Shown: positions 27,913 through 38,380, counted from the stretch's first letter. The stretch is DNA of 64,000 nt from an uncultured delta proteobacterium (GCA_963808235.1 CAWEEQ010000004.1:2368001-2432000); one strand, 5' to 3'. Notes: generated by a model from the letters alone, not told the origin. Numbers and translations are program-made.

Positions 27913-28683
27913 TCAGCGCCGGTTGCGCTCGAAAATCAACCGGAGTCCCTTCAGAGTCAGGAACTCGTCCACTTCTTCTATGGTCTCGCTCTCGGGCGCG
28001 ATCAACTCGGCCAGGCCCCCGGTCGCAATCACGCGGGTCTTCTCACCGCGCTCCTTAAGGATGCGAGTAACGAGTCCGTCGACAAGCGCGGTGTAGCCGA
28101 AAATGAGTCCCGACTGAATCGAACCGACCGTGGTGCGGCCAACCGCTTCGCGGGGGCGGACCAGCTCGACGCGGTAGAGCTTGGCGGCGTGCTCGATCAA
28201 CGCGTTCATCGAGACACCCAGGCCCGGCGCGATTGCGCCGCCCGCGTACTCACCTTTGCCGGTCACGTAGTCGAACGTGGTCGCGGTGCCGAAATCAACG
28301 ACGATGCATGCGCCCGCGAATCGCTCGTAAGCAGCGACTGCGTTGACGATCCGATCGGCGCCGACTTCCTTGGGATTCTCGTAGAGGATCGGCATCCCGG
28401 TTTTAATTCCCGGACCGACCATGAGCGGGGCGCAGTGGAAGTAGCGCTCTGCGAGTTGTTCCATCACCTGGTTGAGGGGCGGTACCACGCAGGCAATCAC
28501 GACACCGTCAGGCCGAAAGCCGGTTTCCAGACCTGCGGCCGCGAGCAGCGTGTTGAGCAGCGCGCCATGCTCGTCGGTGGTGCGATCGACCACGGTCGAG
28601 ATGCGCCAATTGTTGCGCAGGCCCTCGCCCTCGTAAATTCCGATCACGGTATGGCTGTTGCCAACGTCAACCGTTATGAGCAT
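27913..28683 (-). CDS. coaX: Type III pantothenate kinase
   Basis: DVGNSHT, YENPKEVGADR, VDFGTATTFD, GGAIAPG, IATGG. Confidence 0.95.
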   Translation of the reverse strand: MLITVDVGNSHTVIGIYEGEGLRNNWRISTVVDRTTDEHGALLNTLLAAAGLETGFRPDGVVIACVVPPLNQVMEQLAERYFHCAPLMVGPGIKTGMPILYENPKEVGADRIVNAVAAYERFAGACIVVDFGTATTFDYVTGKGEYAGGAIAPGLGVSMNALIEHAAKLYRVELVRPREAVGRTTVGSIQSGLIFGYTALVDGLVTRILKERGEKTRVIATGGLAELIAPESETIEEVDEFLTLKGLRLIFERNRR

Positions 28684-28752
28684 GGCACGAATCTCCGCCC
28701 GACCGCCGCGTTCGGCGAAGTCATGATCGGGCCAAGATAATAGCGCGAGATC

Positions 28753-29406
28753 TCAGTGGAACCGAAACGCGCCGCCAGCCATCGGACTGCCCGCCGGCCG
28801 GGCCATCGTCATCATCCTCGGCGGGGTCATCCAGGGACCGCCGGGATAGAGCGACGGACGCCCCGGAGGAGTAAGCGGGTTGCTCATCGCCATGGGAGGA
28901 AACGGAGATCCCGAGGCAGTTCCATAACTGGGGGCTCTTGCCACCACGGTGCCGTATTGTGTGGTCGCGTACGGGAATCCGTAAGGCGACTGGGTCGCAT
29001 AGTCGTCCGCAGAGCCCCAATCGTCGGAGTTGGCAGGCGCCGCGCTGGCCGTGTCGTCGTCGAAGGTCTGCGGCGATGCGGGCGGAGGTCCGCCGACGGC
29101 GATCGGTTGATCGGCATCGTCACCGTCTGCGTCAGAAGGATTACTGGCGGTGTCGCATGGCACTGCCGTGCCGTCTTTGATGCATGCCGTTTGCGGAATC
29201 TCGAGGACTTCTCCACTGGGGTCCGATCCACTCGTGTCCGCGGAAGAATCGGGATCGACGCGCACCCAGGCGGCGGCATCTGACTCGTCGGCATCCTGGG
29301 CGAACGCGGCGCGTGAGCCAGCGAGAGCTATCAGTGCAAAGAGGGCGAACAATCCGACCGCAGTGGATTTGAGGCGATGCGGCAAAGCGCGGCTCTGACT
29401 CCGCAT
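28753..29406 (-). CDS. Secreted low-complexity hypothetical protein
   Basis: Signal peptide ending AAFA-Q, then an Asp/Ser-rich and a Pro/Gly/Met-rich region. Confidence 0.6.
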   Translation of the reverse strand: MRSQSRALPHRLKSTAVGLFALFALIALAGSRAAFAQDADESDAAAWVRVDPDSSADTSGSDPSGEVLEIPQTACIKDGTAVPCDTASNPSDADGDDADQPIAVGGPPPASPQTFDDDTASAAPANSDDWGSADDYATQSPYGFPYATTQYGTVVARAPSYGTASGSPFPPMAMSNPLTPPGRPSLYPGGPWMTPPRMMTMARPAGSPMAGGAFRFH

Positions 29407-29538
29407 AGACCAAACCGAAGTGGCGCCTGAACAACTCATAATGAAGACGCTATCACCGCGAAGGCAGAGTGAGAAGGCAAAATCTTTGCTCGCGAAAACA
29501 GTTTGCACGCTCGCAGCGAGCGGCTAAGATCGCGCCCT

Positions 29539-30279
29539 ATGCCGGAAACAAAAGTTGCATTGGTAACCGGCGCGGGCCGCGGCATCGGCCGTGACATCGC
29601 GCTTCGAATGGCAAAGGAAGGATACGCGGTCGGTCTGATCGCGCGGACCAAGTCCCAACTCGAGGAAACCGCCGAGCTGATTCGCGCCCAGGGCGGCAAG
29701 GCGGTGGTCACTCCGACCGACGTATCGCGGCGCGAGCAAGTAGTCGCGGCGGTCGATACGGTCGAGCGCGAGCTTGGGCCGATCTCGGTGCTGATCAACA
29801 ATGCGGGCGCTTACCTGCGCAAACGCTTCATCGAGATCAGCGAAGAGGACTTCGATTTCCAGCTCAAGGTCAACGCATACGGACCCTTTTTTTGCACTCA
29901 GGCCGTGGTCGGCAAGATGGCGGAGCGCAAGGCAGGCACGGTGATTTTCGTGCTCGGCTCGGAGTCGCGCAGCGGGCCCGCGCAATATTCCGCGTACAAC
30001 GCGTCGAAGCTGGCGCAACGCGCGATCGCGGAGTCGGTCGCCTACGAGTTCATGCATCTCGGAGTGCATGCGGCGGCACTCGACGTTGACGGCGCGGTCG
30101 ACAGTGCGCGAGTGCGGGAGTCGATGCCCGACGTGGACCCATTGCACTTCGTTCCGCCCGCGGCAATCTGCGACGAGATTGTGCATCTGATCAATCAGTC
30201 GAAGAGCGCGTGGACGTTCCAGGTCGATATGCGATCGTACGTGCAATGGCGCCCGCGGATCGCGCCCAAGAAAAAGTAG
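29539..30279 (+). CDS. SDR family oxidoreductase
   Basis: TGAGRGIG, INNAG, YNASK. Confidence 0.9.
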   Translation: MPETKVALVTGAGRGIGRDIALRMAKEGYAVGLIARTKSQLEETAELIRAQGGKAVVTPTDVSRREQVVAAVDTVERELGPISVLINNAGAYLRKRFIEISEEDFDFQLKVNAYGPFFCTQAVVGKMAERKAGTVIFVLGSESRSGPAQYSAYNASKLAQRAIAESVAYEFMHLGVHAAALDVDGAVDSARVRESMPDVDPLHFVPPAAICDEIVHLINQSKSAWTFQVDMRSYVQWRPRIAPKKK

Positions 30280-31251
30280 TCACAAGCAGGGTCGGCCTGC
30301 CGGGGTGATTGCCCGGCGGATCGAAGCTTCGGGAGCGTGGTCGTCAAATGCGATCCCGTTCGCGCGATCCTCGACGCCTAGAGTCTTCCATAGTGCGTTG
30401 AGATCGGGCTCGACGGGCGTGGCCTTCGTCCGCGCGTAGAGTTCCGTCATCACTGGCGCGGCGACGGCGTCGTCGGCGGCTTTGAGAGCGCGCGTGAGCG
30501 GCCACTCGACTTCGATATTTCCGCCCGCGGCGAGAATCCCGCGAAGCGCATCCGCGAGTCCGTGCCGATTGCCGGTGCGGCGTCGAATCTCCACGTCTGC
30601 GAGGAGACAGAACATCGCGCCGCCCCAATAGGTGCGGCCCCAGGTCGGAGTGTTATCGAGTCCCGCGTCGCCCTTCGCGGGCATGCCCTTGGGCAGACCC
30701 GTGACCAGGTCCTGCCAGACTTGCGGCACCGGATAGTTTCCGATCTCGGCACGCGCGATTGGCTCCACATAGGTCGCAATCCCTTCTTCGATCCAATGAT
30801 GATCGCGGGTGACAGACGGGAACGCGAGATGAACCATCTCGTGAGTCATGACCCAATCGCCATCGAGGTCGCTCTTACGCGTGTCGACGCCGAGAATGAT
30901 CCGCGAATGCGCTCCACCGAATCCCCAGGTGGTACCCGAGAGCACGCCACGGCGGTCCGGCGCGGCAAAAATGGCGATTCGATAGCGGCGGACCGGGAAG
31001 CGGCCGTAGTAGGCTGAAACCGCACAAGCGGAGCGCTTAATCCATGCGAGGATCGCGTCGCGCGGGAGCTTGTAGTCCGCGGGCGCGAAAAGGACATCTA
31101 TTTCGGCGCCCGCTACTTCGAGCTTCGCGGTCTCCGGCGAGTGTTCCGCGGCAAAGGCGCGCAATGGGAGAAACTCGGCCGCGCGCATCGCCGCTATTGC
31201 GGCAATGACGACGATAACGATTGCGATTCTTGGCACGCGTATCATCAGCAT
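30280..31251 (-). CDS. Secreted gluzincin-like metallopeptidase (putative)
   Basis: Signal peptide; HEMVH...WIEEG zinc motif. Confidence 0.65.
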   Translation of the reverse strand: MLMIRVPRIAIVIVVIAAIAAMRAAEFLPLRAFAAEHSPETAKLEVAGAEIDVLFAPADYKLPRDAILAWIKRSACAVSAYYGRFPVRRYRIAIFAAPDRRGVLSGTTWGFGGAHSRIILGVDTRKSDLDGDWVMTHEMVHLAFPSVTRDHHWIEEGIATYVEPIARAEIGNYPVPQVWQDLVTGLPKGMPAKGDAGLDNTPTWGRTYWGGAMFCLLADVEIRRRTGNRHGLADALRGILAAGGNIEVEWPLTRALKAADDAVAAPVMTELYARTKATPVEPDLNALWKTLGVEDRANGIAFDDHAPEASIRRAITPAGRPCL

Positions 31252-31368
31252 TAGCGACTCAGCCTCTACTCATGCGCATGCGGGTGTGGTCTTGCCAAGA
31301 GCGAAAATATATTGTGGCGGCCTGAGCTTGCGCGGCGTGTGATTGCGGCGCGCACGAGGTTCAAGGGT

Positions 31369-31445
31369 CGGGGTGTGGCGCAGCCTGGTAGCGCACACGC
31401 TTGGGGTGCGTGTGGTCGCCGGTTCAAATCCGGCCACCCCGACCA
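31369..31445 (+). tRNA. tRNA-Pro(GGG)
   Basis: CGGGGTG acceptor stem pairs with CACCCCG, followed by discriminator A and CCA; anticodon stem CACGC/GCGTG with loop TTGGGGT; T-loop GGTTCAAATCC. Confidence 0.97.
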
Positions 31446-31580
31446 AATTAAGTCGTCTTCGGGGGTCAAGCTTTCGCTAGTCGAGGCAAGGGAATTCCAC
31501 GACGTACACTTCGACGTTGTCCACGCCGGAAATCGTCACTTCCTTGTCGCGGTGCGGTAAGGCTCACTTGGGGAGAACGG

Positions 31581-33161
31581 ATGGAAAGACTCAATTCCCC
31601 GGATACCTTCAGGGTTGAGGGGAAATCGGACAGGAGTGCGATGCATATCGCGCTTCTGGCCCTCGCGCTCACAGTTCTGGTCAGGACCGCGTGGATGTCT
31701 GATGATGCCGAGATCACACTCCGATGCGTAATGAACTTTCTGCACGGCTACGGACCGACCTTCAATGCCGACGAAAGGGTCCAGCCTTTTACGCATCCGC
31801 TGTGGTTCATGCTCATCACTGCGGCCACTCCGATCTTCAGAAATATCTTTGCCGCCACCTTTACGGTCTCGATTCTCCTGTCTTTAGGCACTTGGTGGCT
31901 TCTTCTCTCGCGGATAGCGACTAACTTCTGGTCCGGGATGCTCGCCGGCGTCGCTCTTCTGCTGTCCAAGGCATACGTCGATTTTTCTACCTCCGGTCTG
32001 GAAGGACCTCTATCTCACTTTGTTCTCGTTTGTGGTTTGCTACTTGGATTCAAGTATCTAGAGACCCGCCGCAGACATCTGGCCACACTTAGTCTGACTG
32101 TATTGAGTTCGATCTATCTATGCAGGCCCGACTTGCTACTCATGGTTGCTCCATTTTGCCTGCTGATACTTCTAAACTCGTATCAGGATTTTCGGACTGC
32201 AGCGCGAATGGTAGCCATTGCGACCATGCCCATATGGCTTTGGACGATCTTCAGCGTTATCTACTATGGAGCACCTTTTCCCAACACCGCATACGCAAAG
32301 CTGGGAACCGGCATTCCGTCAGGAGAATTGGTGCAGCAGGGGTTGATTTATTTGTTCGACTCACTTTCGAGAGATCCGCTGACCCTGACCCTTACTGCAA
32401 TCGGTATACTGCTTTCGTTTCGCCAGGGTATAGAACAGAAAGCAATCGCCGTAGGAATAATCCTTTTCCTCGTCTACGTAGTCAGCATAGGCGGCGACTT
32501 CATGAGTGGCCGGTTCCTCACGGTTCCGCTTTTGGCGGCCGCTGTGATCCTCGCCCGTACCGAGCTAGCTGGCCTTGCTATCGCGACTATCGCAATCGTA
32601 GTAGCCGCTCTTGGAACAGTTACTTTGAACGCCACTATACTAAGCGGACCAGCCTATTCCGCGAATTCAATTCCGCCGAATGGAATCACTGACGAGCGGG
32701 GCTTCATGTTCCCAGGTCGCGGCCTTCTGAATGCAAAACGCAATAGTCCGGATAGTGTGAATCAGACCGACTGGAGCCCTCGCCCGAAGTCAGTATCTAT
32801 CCAGTTACAGTGTGGTTGGTTAGGATCCGCCAGTTTCGGGAACCCGCCGGAAGTTCACTACATCGATCCTTGTGCTCTGACGGATCCTCTACTGGCAAGG
32901 TTGCCGGCGAAGTACGACCCTAACTGGAGGATCGGACATTTCGAGCGGCAGATACCAGCCGGATACGAAGAAAGCATTCAGCAGGATAGAAACCTGCTGC
33001 ACGATCCTCTTACAAAGCAGTACTGGGAAGTCATTCGAAAGGCCACTCGAGGACCGATTTTCAGCATCGAGAGATTCAAGGCAATAGCGCGTCTAAACCT
33101 GGGTCTCGTCACGAAGCCCGATACCGATTTGTACCGCACAGGTGACGCGGTCCATCGATAG
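31581..33161 (+). CDS. Multi-TM GT-C fold glycosyltransferase (AftB-like)
   Basis: DDAEITLR...GYGPTFNADERVQPFTHPLW, SGLE, RPD, PNTAYAK, GGDFMSGRF; visibly lower GC than neighbours. Confidence 0.75.
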   Translation: MERLNSPDTFRVEGKSDRSAMHIALLALALTVLVRTAWMSDDAEITLRCVMNFLHGYGPTFNADERVQPFTHPLWFMLITAATPIFRNIFAATFTVSILLSLGTWWLLLSRIATNFWSGMLAGVALLLSKAYVDFSTSGLEGPLSHFVLVCGLLLGFKYLETRRRHLATLSLTVLSSIYLCRPDLLLMVAPFCLLILLNSYQDFRTAARMVAIATMPIWLWTIFSVIYYGAPFPNTAYAKLGTGIPSGELVQQGLIYLFDSLSRDPLTLTLTAIGILLSFRQGIEQKAIAVGIILFLVYVVSIGGDFMSGRFLTVPLLAAAVILARTELAGLAIATIAIVVAALGTVTLNATILSGPAYSANSIPPNGITDERGFMFPGRGLLNAKRNSPDSVNQTDWSPRPKSVSIQLQCGWLGSASFGNPPEVHYIDPCALTDPLLARLPAKYDPNWRIGHFERQIPAGYEESIQQDRNLLHDPLTKQYWEVIRKATRGPIFSIERFKAIARLNLGLVTKPDTDLYRTGDAVHR

Positions 33162-33263
33162 ACACCTGCATGCCCCCAGTTTGGAACAGTCGACAGGACG
33201 CGGCTATTGAAGAGCGGCCTCAGAATGGCGAAGCTGGCTTGATTCCGCGCAAGGAGTTGACAG

Positions 33264-34334
33264 ATGGATTTTGGGACGCTGATATTCACCAAGCCGGAGC
33301 ACGCGATAAGCGACGTCAGGTACGCAGAGGAGCGCGGCTTCAGTCATGCATGGATCCCCGACTCGCACATGATTTGGGGCGATACCTACGCGTGCATGGC
33401 GCTCGCGGCGGTGAATACAAAAAAGATCAAACTCGGAACCGGAGTTGCGATCGCGTCGAATCGGATTGCGCCGGTCACGGTGCATTCGATCGCTACGATC
33501 AACCAGCTGGCACCGGGTCGCGTGATATTGGGCTTCGGCACTGGTCATACCGGCCGGCGCGTGATGGGGCTGCCGCCGGTCAAGCAGGCGGAATTCCGCG
33601 AACAGGTGCGTGTGATTCACGACCTGCTCCAGAGTGGAGAGGCGACCTACAACACGGAGGGACTCAGCCGAAAAATTAAATACCTTCACCGCGATCGGCG
33701 CTTTATCAATCTCGACGATCGGATTCCATTTTACGTCGCCGCCAACGGGCCCAAGACGCTCGCGCTGGCGGGAGAGTTCGGCGATGGAGTCATTACGACG
33801 GGTATCACCGACGCGGACCGGGTTGCCGCGGTGCGAAAAAATCTCGCCGCCGGCGCGACGAAAGCGGGACGCAGTGCCGACAAGATGCCGATCGTCTCGT
33901 TGACGCATGTCTGCGTGCTGCGGCCCGGGGAACAACTCGATTCACCGCGGGTGAAGCAGATGACCGGGCATTGGGTGATGGCGAGTTTTCATGCGATCGC
34001 CGCAGGATACGCGGGCTCGGGTTATCTGCCGGAGGACGTTCAGCCGGTATACCGTGCGTACGAAAAATATGTTGCCGCGATGAAGACCCCGGCCGCGGAG
34101 CGTTACCTTGAGTTGCACCTCGGGCATTGCACTTACGTGGCGCCCGACGAGCGGCCGTTCGTCACACCGGCGACGATTTCAGCGACGACGATGATTGGGC
34201 CGCGCGAGGAAATCGTCGAGCGGCTCAGAGCGCTCGAGCGCGCGGGATTGTCGCAAGTGTTCATCAATCCACCGATGGACGGATTCAACGATTGTATTGA
34301 CGAGATTTCGCGCGACGTAATCGAACGGATGTGA
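33264..34334 (+). CDS. LLM class flavin-dependent oxidoreductase
   Basis: GFSHAWIPDSH, LGTGV, LAPGRVILGFGTG, AANGPKTLALAGEFGDG; RBS AAGGAG. Confidence 0.88.
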   Translation: MDFGTLIFTKPEHAISDVRYAEERGFSHAWIPDSHMIWGDTYACMALAAVNTKKIKLGTGVAIASNRIAPVTVHSIATINQLAPGRVILGFGTGHTGRRVMGLPPVKQAEFREQVRVIHDLLQSGEATYNTEGLSRKIKYLHRDRRFINLDDRIPFYVAANGPKTLALAGEFGDGVITTGITDADRVAAVRKNLAAGATKAGRSADKMPIVSLTHVCVLRPGEQLDSPRVKQMTGHWVMASFHAIAAGYAGSGYLPEDVQPVYRAYEKYVAAMKTPAAERYLELHLGHCTYVAPDERPFVTPATISATTMIGPREEIVERLRALERAGLSQVFINPPMDGFNDCIDEISRDVIERM

Positions 34335-34347
34335 GCGTGCGTGGCCC

Positions 34348-35886
34348 TCAAGCGGTCGGGGCGACTTCGACCAATGCAATCTTTTCCGCGGCCAGCGCGG
34401 GAACGTAGTAGGCCTCGGGCGAGCCCCACACGGTCGCAGGACGCGGCCGCGCACCGACCGCGATCGGATTCAGGAACACTTCGGAAATATTGGCGTTGAT
34501 GCGCAAGCAGTTGGGCGCGAGCGGCTCCGATAGTTCTCCATTTCGAATCAGGTACGAATCGCCGCTGACAGTGCAGGTGAAGTCTCCGGCGCGCTGTCCG
34601 TTGATCGGATAGGTGTACCAGACGCGGCCGACGTAGATTCCGTCGCCCACGGTTCGGATCAGCTCGCGGTCAGCGAGACCGGCGCGGGTGCGCATCACGA
34701 CGTTGGTCCCGGCAGCGCCCGGGCTCGCGTCAAAGCGCCGCGCACCGCTCTCACCAAGCCGGTAGCCGCTGCGCGGTGGAAAATCGAGTTGGGCGGGGGC
34801 GCGGGGCCCGAGTTTTTCCGCACGATGCTCATCGGTGAGGAGGCGATTGGTATCGTAAAAGTCCGAGAGCAGACCAACCAACTGGCCGTTGCGAATCATT
34901 TCGACGCGGCCCGCGGGAATTCCTTCGCAAGTGATTCGACGACGCATCGCACCAGCGCGATACACGGGATCGTCAGCGAGACTGAGCCGCGCATCCATCA
35001 CGCGCTCACCGAATTTCGCGTGATAGGCGGAACTCGCAGCGTGAAACGATCCAGTGGTCAGCGAGCCCATCACCATGTAGTTCAAGATTTCTGCTACTGG
35101 CTGCGGACCGAGAACGACGCGAAATGTTCCCGACGCGAGCCGGGCGCCGTGGGCGAGCGCGAGCGCGCGCATCACCGCGTCGCGGCCCAGCGCGGTCGCC
35201 GCAGCGCGCATCGCCGCAGCAGAACCGCCGAGGGTGTTGGCGGTGCCCTTGGCGTCGAGCGATTCGACTATCGCCGTGACGGAAGAGTTGAAGTGCGCGC
35301 TTTCGTCGGTGCGAATTTCGGCGAAGTTCGAATTGATCACCGCGATTCGATCGCGAATCACGGATACGTCACCGCCAATGATCAGGCCCGGGCGCTCGAC
35401 GGGCGATCCGCCGGATTGCTTTGGCGCATGCTTCGCGAAACTTTCGAGCGCTCCGCCCAGCACGTCCCAGGCGGCGGAGGCGATCGCGCTATCGGCCACT
35501 GTCGCGAGGTCGCTCTTTTCGAGCGGAGCCCCGACGAGTCTCTGCGGCTCGGCCGGGAAACCGTGAAAATGCGGATCGACAACGGCTGCGCTACGCGCGC
35601 GGCGAAGAGCGTCACGCACGGAGTCACGGCTTAAGTCGGCGGCCTCAAACGCGGAGCCGATTTCATGCGGATCGCGGCGCATCGCGATGCGGAGCTGGAA
35701 ACCGTCGGCGTGGAGCGATTTGAACTCTTCGAGTCCGCGGCTCGGAATATCGGAGGTATAGTTGAGCCGCGCGATGCGCGATTCGGACGACGCGGCGTAA
35801 ATCTCGAAGCTCGCGAGATCGGGTTCGCGCGCGAGAATCGCGGCGGCCTCGCGCGTGAAAATTTTGAGTTCCGCAGCCTTGAGCAT
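34348..35886 (-). CDS. PmbA/TldE-like protein
   Basis: TldD/PmbA C-terminal features (DDP, EGIP, GDF, YLIRNGE), no HExxxH; coupled to tldD. Confidence 0.8.
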   Translation of the reverse strand: MLKAAELKIFTREAAAILAREPDLASFEIYAASSESRIARLNYTSDIPSRGLEEFKSLHADGFQLRIAMRRDPHEIGSAFEAADLSRDSVRDALRRARSAAVVDPHFHGFPAEPQRLVGAPLEKSDLATVADSAIASAAWDVLGGALESFAKHAPKQSGGSPVERPGLIIGGDVSVIRDRIAVINSNFAEIRTDESAHFNSSVTAIVESLDAKGTANTLGGSAAAMRAAATALGRDAVMRALALAHGARLASGTFRVVLGPQPVAEILNYMVMGSLTTGSFHAASSAYHAKFGERVMDARLSLADDPVYRAGAMRRRITCEGIPAGRVEMIRNGQLVGLLSDFYDTNRLLTDEHRAEKLGPRAPAQLDFPPRSGYRLGESGARRFDASPGAAGTNVVMRTRAGLADRELIRTVGDGIYVGRVWYTYPINGQRAGDFTCTVSGDSYLIRNGELSEPLAPNCLRINANISEVFLNPIAVGARPRPATVWGSPEAYYVPALAAEKIALVEVAPTA

Positions 35887-37463
35887 CAGCCGCCACCGAG
35901 TCGGGCGCGTGATCGCAGGGTCGGACCGCCGTTGGACATCCGCTTGACCTGCATCGGCTGCCCCTTGCCGCAGTTGGGGATCGCGACGAGCCGCAAGTCG
36001 TTGCCGACCGCGTCGACATTCATGAAGAAGCTTTTCGAATCGGCGATGAGGCTGCCGGAACGGAACATTCGGCCGACCTTTCCGTGATCGATCTCGTAAA
36101 CGCGACGCGCCGAGATTCGAAAATTCTCGCGCGATTCGGCAATCGACGGGATCTGATGGCCGCAGACGTAGTAGCCGTGCTCGACGTCGGCGATGATTTT
36201 CTCCGGCGGCGTCTCACCGGGCATGAAGAACGTGTTCGACATCCTGATCAACGGCAGGTGCCATCCTTCGCTCGCACGCGCGGATCCGTTGGGCGGTGCG
36301 CCGAGCAACGCTGCGGTCGCCCGTGAATTGAGAAAGCCGCTGAACACGCCGCGATCGATATGCGTCACGCGCTGTCCGCGGGTTCCTTCGTGGTCGTAAA
36401 GATAGTGTCCATAGCCGTCGAGACTCGGATCAGAGCAAGCGGAGAGGATCGGCGACCCGACCATCTTCCCGAGCTGATTGTCCACCAGCGAGCGCAGGAA
36501 CCAACTGCGTCCTGCGTAGGCCGCCTCCATCTTGAGTGCGCGATCTGCTTCGCACGGATGGCCGATTACCTCGTGCGCGACCAGCGCGTTGAAATGCGGA
36601 TCGGTCACGACCACGACTTCGCCGTCGGGAGGCTTCAGCACCGGCGCCGCGGCAAGCTCGCGCGCTTCGTTAGCGAGATTCACACAAAATCTGCCGAGGT
36701 CAGGATTTGGCATCAGCTCGCCTCGCCATCCGTCGCTGAGGCACTCGAGACCGCGCTGTTGGCCAATCGTATCGTAGCTCTCCTGATGACCGTCACCGCT
36801 CTGCGCGACGACGTAACAGTCGCCCTGCGAGAACGCGTACGCTTGCGAGACTACGGTTCCCTCGCTGTCGATGAAAATTTCGCGGCGCAGTTCGGTCATC
36901 GCGGCGACGACCTGGTAGGCGATCGAGTCGCCAAGGCCGGCGACCTCCCGCGACGCGTCCAGCGAAATTTTCTTGAGTTCGTCGGTTGAGAGCGAGCGTG
37001 GATCGCGCTCGAAGATCGCCTCGACGTCGTCATGCACTGGATTGCGCTTGGGAATCGGCGGAACGATCAGGCCGCCAGCGGAATTTCCGAGGCGTTTGAT
37101 GAGATCGGCTTTTTCGCGCGCGCTGAAGCGAGCGCGGTGATAAGCGTCGGTCAGCCCGCGCTTGAGTTCGGCGACCATCTTCCCCGGCCGGCCGGCGAGC
37201 ACGCCAATCTCGGCGCCAGTTTGACCGTGGCCAATCGGGCCGGCGCGATCGGCCACCTGGACCGAAACCGCGTAGGACGCACTCTCGCTCTCAGAGCCGT
37301 CGCGAGGCTCTCCGCCGACGGCGGCAGCGGCGCGGTTGAAAACCACTTCGGCGCGCAGGTCCGCATAGATCACTCCGCGATTTGCACGAGCGAAGCGCGC
37401 GAGGATGCCCTCGCCTTCGCGACGCAGATACTCGATTGCTTCGAACAAGTCGCCGCGCGCCAT
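35886..37463 (-). CDS. tldD: TldD-like metalloprotease
   Basis: HEVIGHPCEADR, YDHEGT, RMSNT, CGKGQPMQ, GGPT. Confidence 0.85.
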   Translation of the reverse strand: MARGDLFEAIEYLRREGEGILARFARANRGVIYADLRAEVVFNRAAAAVGGEPRDGSESESASYAVSVQVADRAGPIGHGQTGAEIGVLAGRPGKMVAELKRGLTDAYHRARFSAREKADLIKRLGNSAGGLIVPPIPKRNPVHDDVEAIFERDPRSLSTDELKKISLDASREVAGLGDSIAYQVVAAMTELRREIFIDSEGTVVSQAYAFSQGDCYVVAQSGDGHQESYDTIGQQRGLECLSDGWRGELMPNPDLGRFCVNLANEARELAAAPVLKPPDGEVVVVTDPHFNALVAHEVIGHPCEADRALKMEAAYAGRSWFLRSLVDNQLGKMVGSPILSACSDPSLDGYGHYLYDHEGTRGQRVTHIDRGVFSGFLNSRATAALLGAPPNGSARASEGWHLPLIRMSNTFFMPGETPPEKIIADVEHGYYVCGHQIPSIAESRENFRISARRVYEIDHGKVGRMFRSGSLIADSKSFFMNVDAVGNDLRLVAIPNCGKGQPMQVKRMSNGGPTLRSRARLGGG

Positions 37464-37516
37464 CAGAGACTGTTTGTATCGGGCGGCCGGTTCATGTGCG
37501 CGAGACTTCCGGTGGT

Positions 37517-38374
37517 TCAGTACAGGACCGACGGCAGGTATGCTCCCGCCGGCTCGTTGTAGAGACCGATCGTCATCAGGGTCATCTGATGCACCAGGCG
37601 CAGTCCGTTTTGGAGACACCAGCGAAACAGCTCACCGTTGCGCGTCGGCAGCAGAAAACCGCCGCCACCAATCTCCGGAGCAGCGGAGATAAGCGCTTTG
37701 AGGTCCTGATTGGTTTCGCCCACAGCGTGCGCAAAGAAGGCCACGTCGGTCGAATAGCCGGTGATCCTTCCCAGATGCTCGACGACTCTGGCCGTGCCTT
37801 GATTGATAGCGTCGCGAAGCTCGCCGCCGCGGTCATGACCATGCACGCGGCGACAGAGTTGATTGCAGGCATCGAGGTCCCGCTCTGCGGCCGACCGCAC
37901 TTCGTACCCGGGCAATTTCAACTTGGGTGGCGGCCCGAACATCTTGGATAGCGTTTCGCGGGTGTCGAAACCGAGTTTCGTGTACAGGCAGAGCGAGCGA
38001 TTGTGGTAGGCCGCCTGAACCAGTCGAATCCCGGCGAAGCCGCGTTGTGCCGATCGCTCCATCACGCCGAGCATCAGCTGCCGCCCGACGGTCTGATTCT
38101 GCACCGCCGGATCGACCGAGATCGGACCAACTCCGGATATCGGGTTTCGCTCATCGAGAAAGTTGCTACCGACGACTGTGCCGTTCATCTCCGCTACCAG
38201 GGAATAGAAGCCCGGGTTGGATAGCATCATCGTGACCACGGCGGTCGCAATCTCGACCGACGGAAAGTCCCAAGGGAAGTTATGCTGACTGGAAACCGAC
38301 TTGAAGGCCTCGAAGTCGATCAGCCCGCACGCTGCTGCATCTTCTCGTGTACCTGGTCGCAGTTTTGGGTTCAT
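37517..38374 (-). CDS. GNAT family N-acetyltransferase
   Basis: ISVDPAVQNQTVGRQLM, LYTKLGF. Confidence 0.85.
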   Translation of the reverse strand: MNPKLRPGTREDAAACGLIDFEAFKSVSSQHNFPWDFPSVEIATAVVTMMLSNPGFYSLVAEMNGTVVGSNFLDERNPISGVGPISVDPAVQNQTVGRQLMLGVMERSAQRGFAGIRLVQAAYHNRSLCLYTKLGFDTRETLSKMFGPPPKLKLPGYEVRSAAERDLDACNQLCRRVHGHDRGGELRDAINQGTARVVEHLGRITGYSTDVAFFAHAVGETNQDLKALISAAPEIGGGGFLLPTRNGELFRWCLQNGLRLVHQMTLMTIGLYNEPAGAYLPSVLY

Positions 38375-38380
38375 TTCGAT

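Noticed and set aside
31369-33260. Prophage or integrative element at tRNA-Pro
   Set aside because: No integrase, phage genes or att duplication found; only one atypical gene
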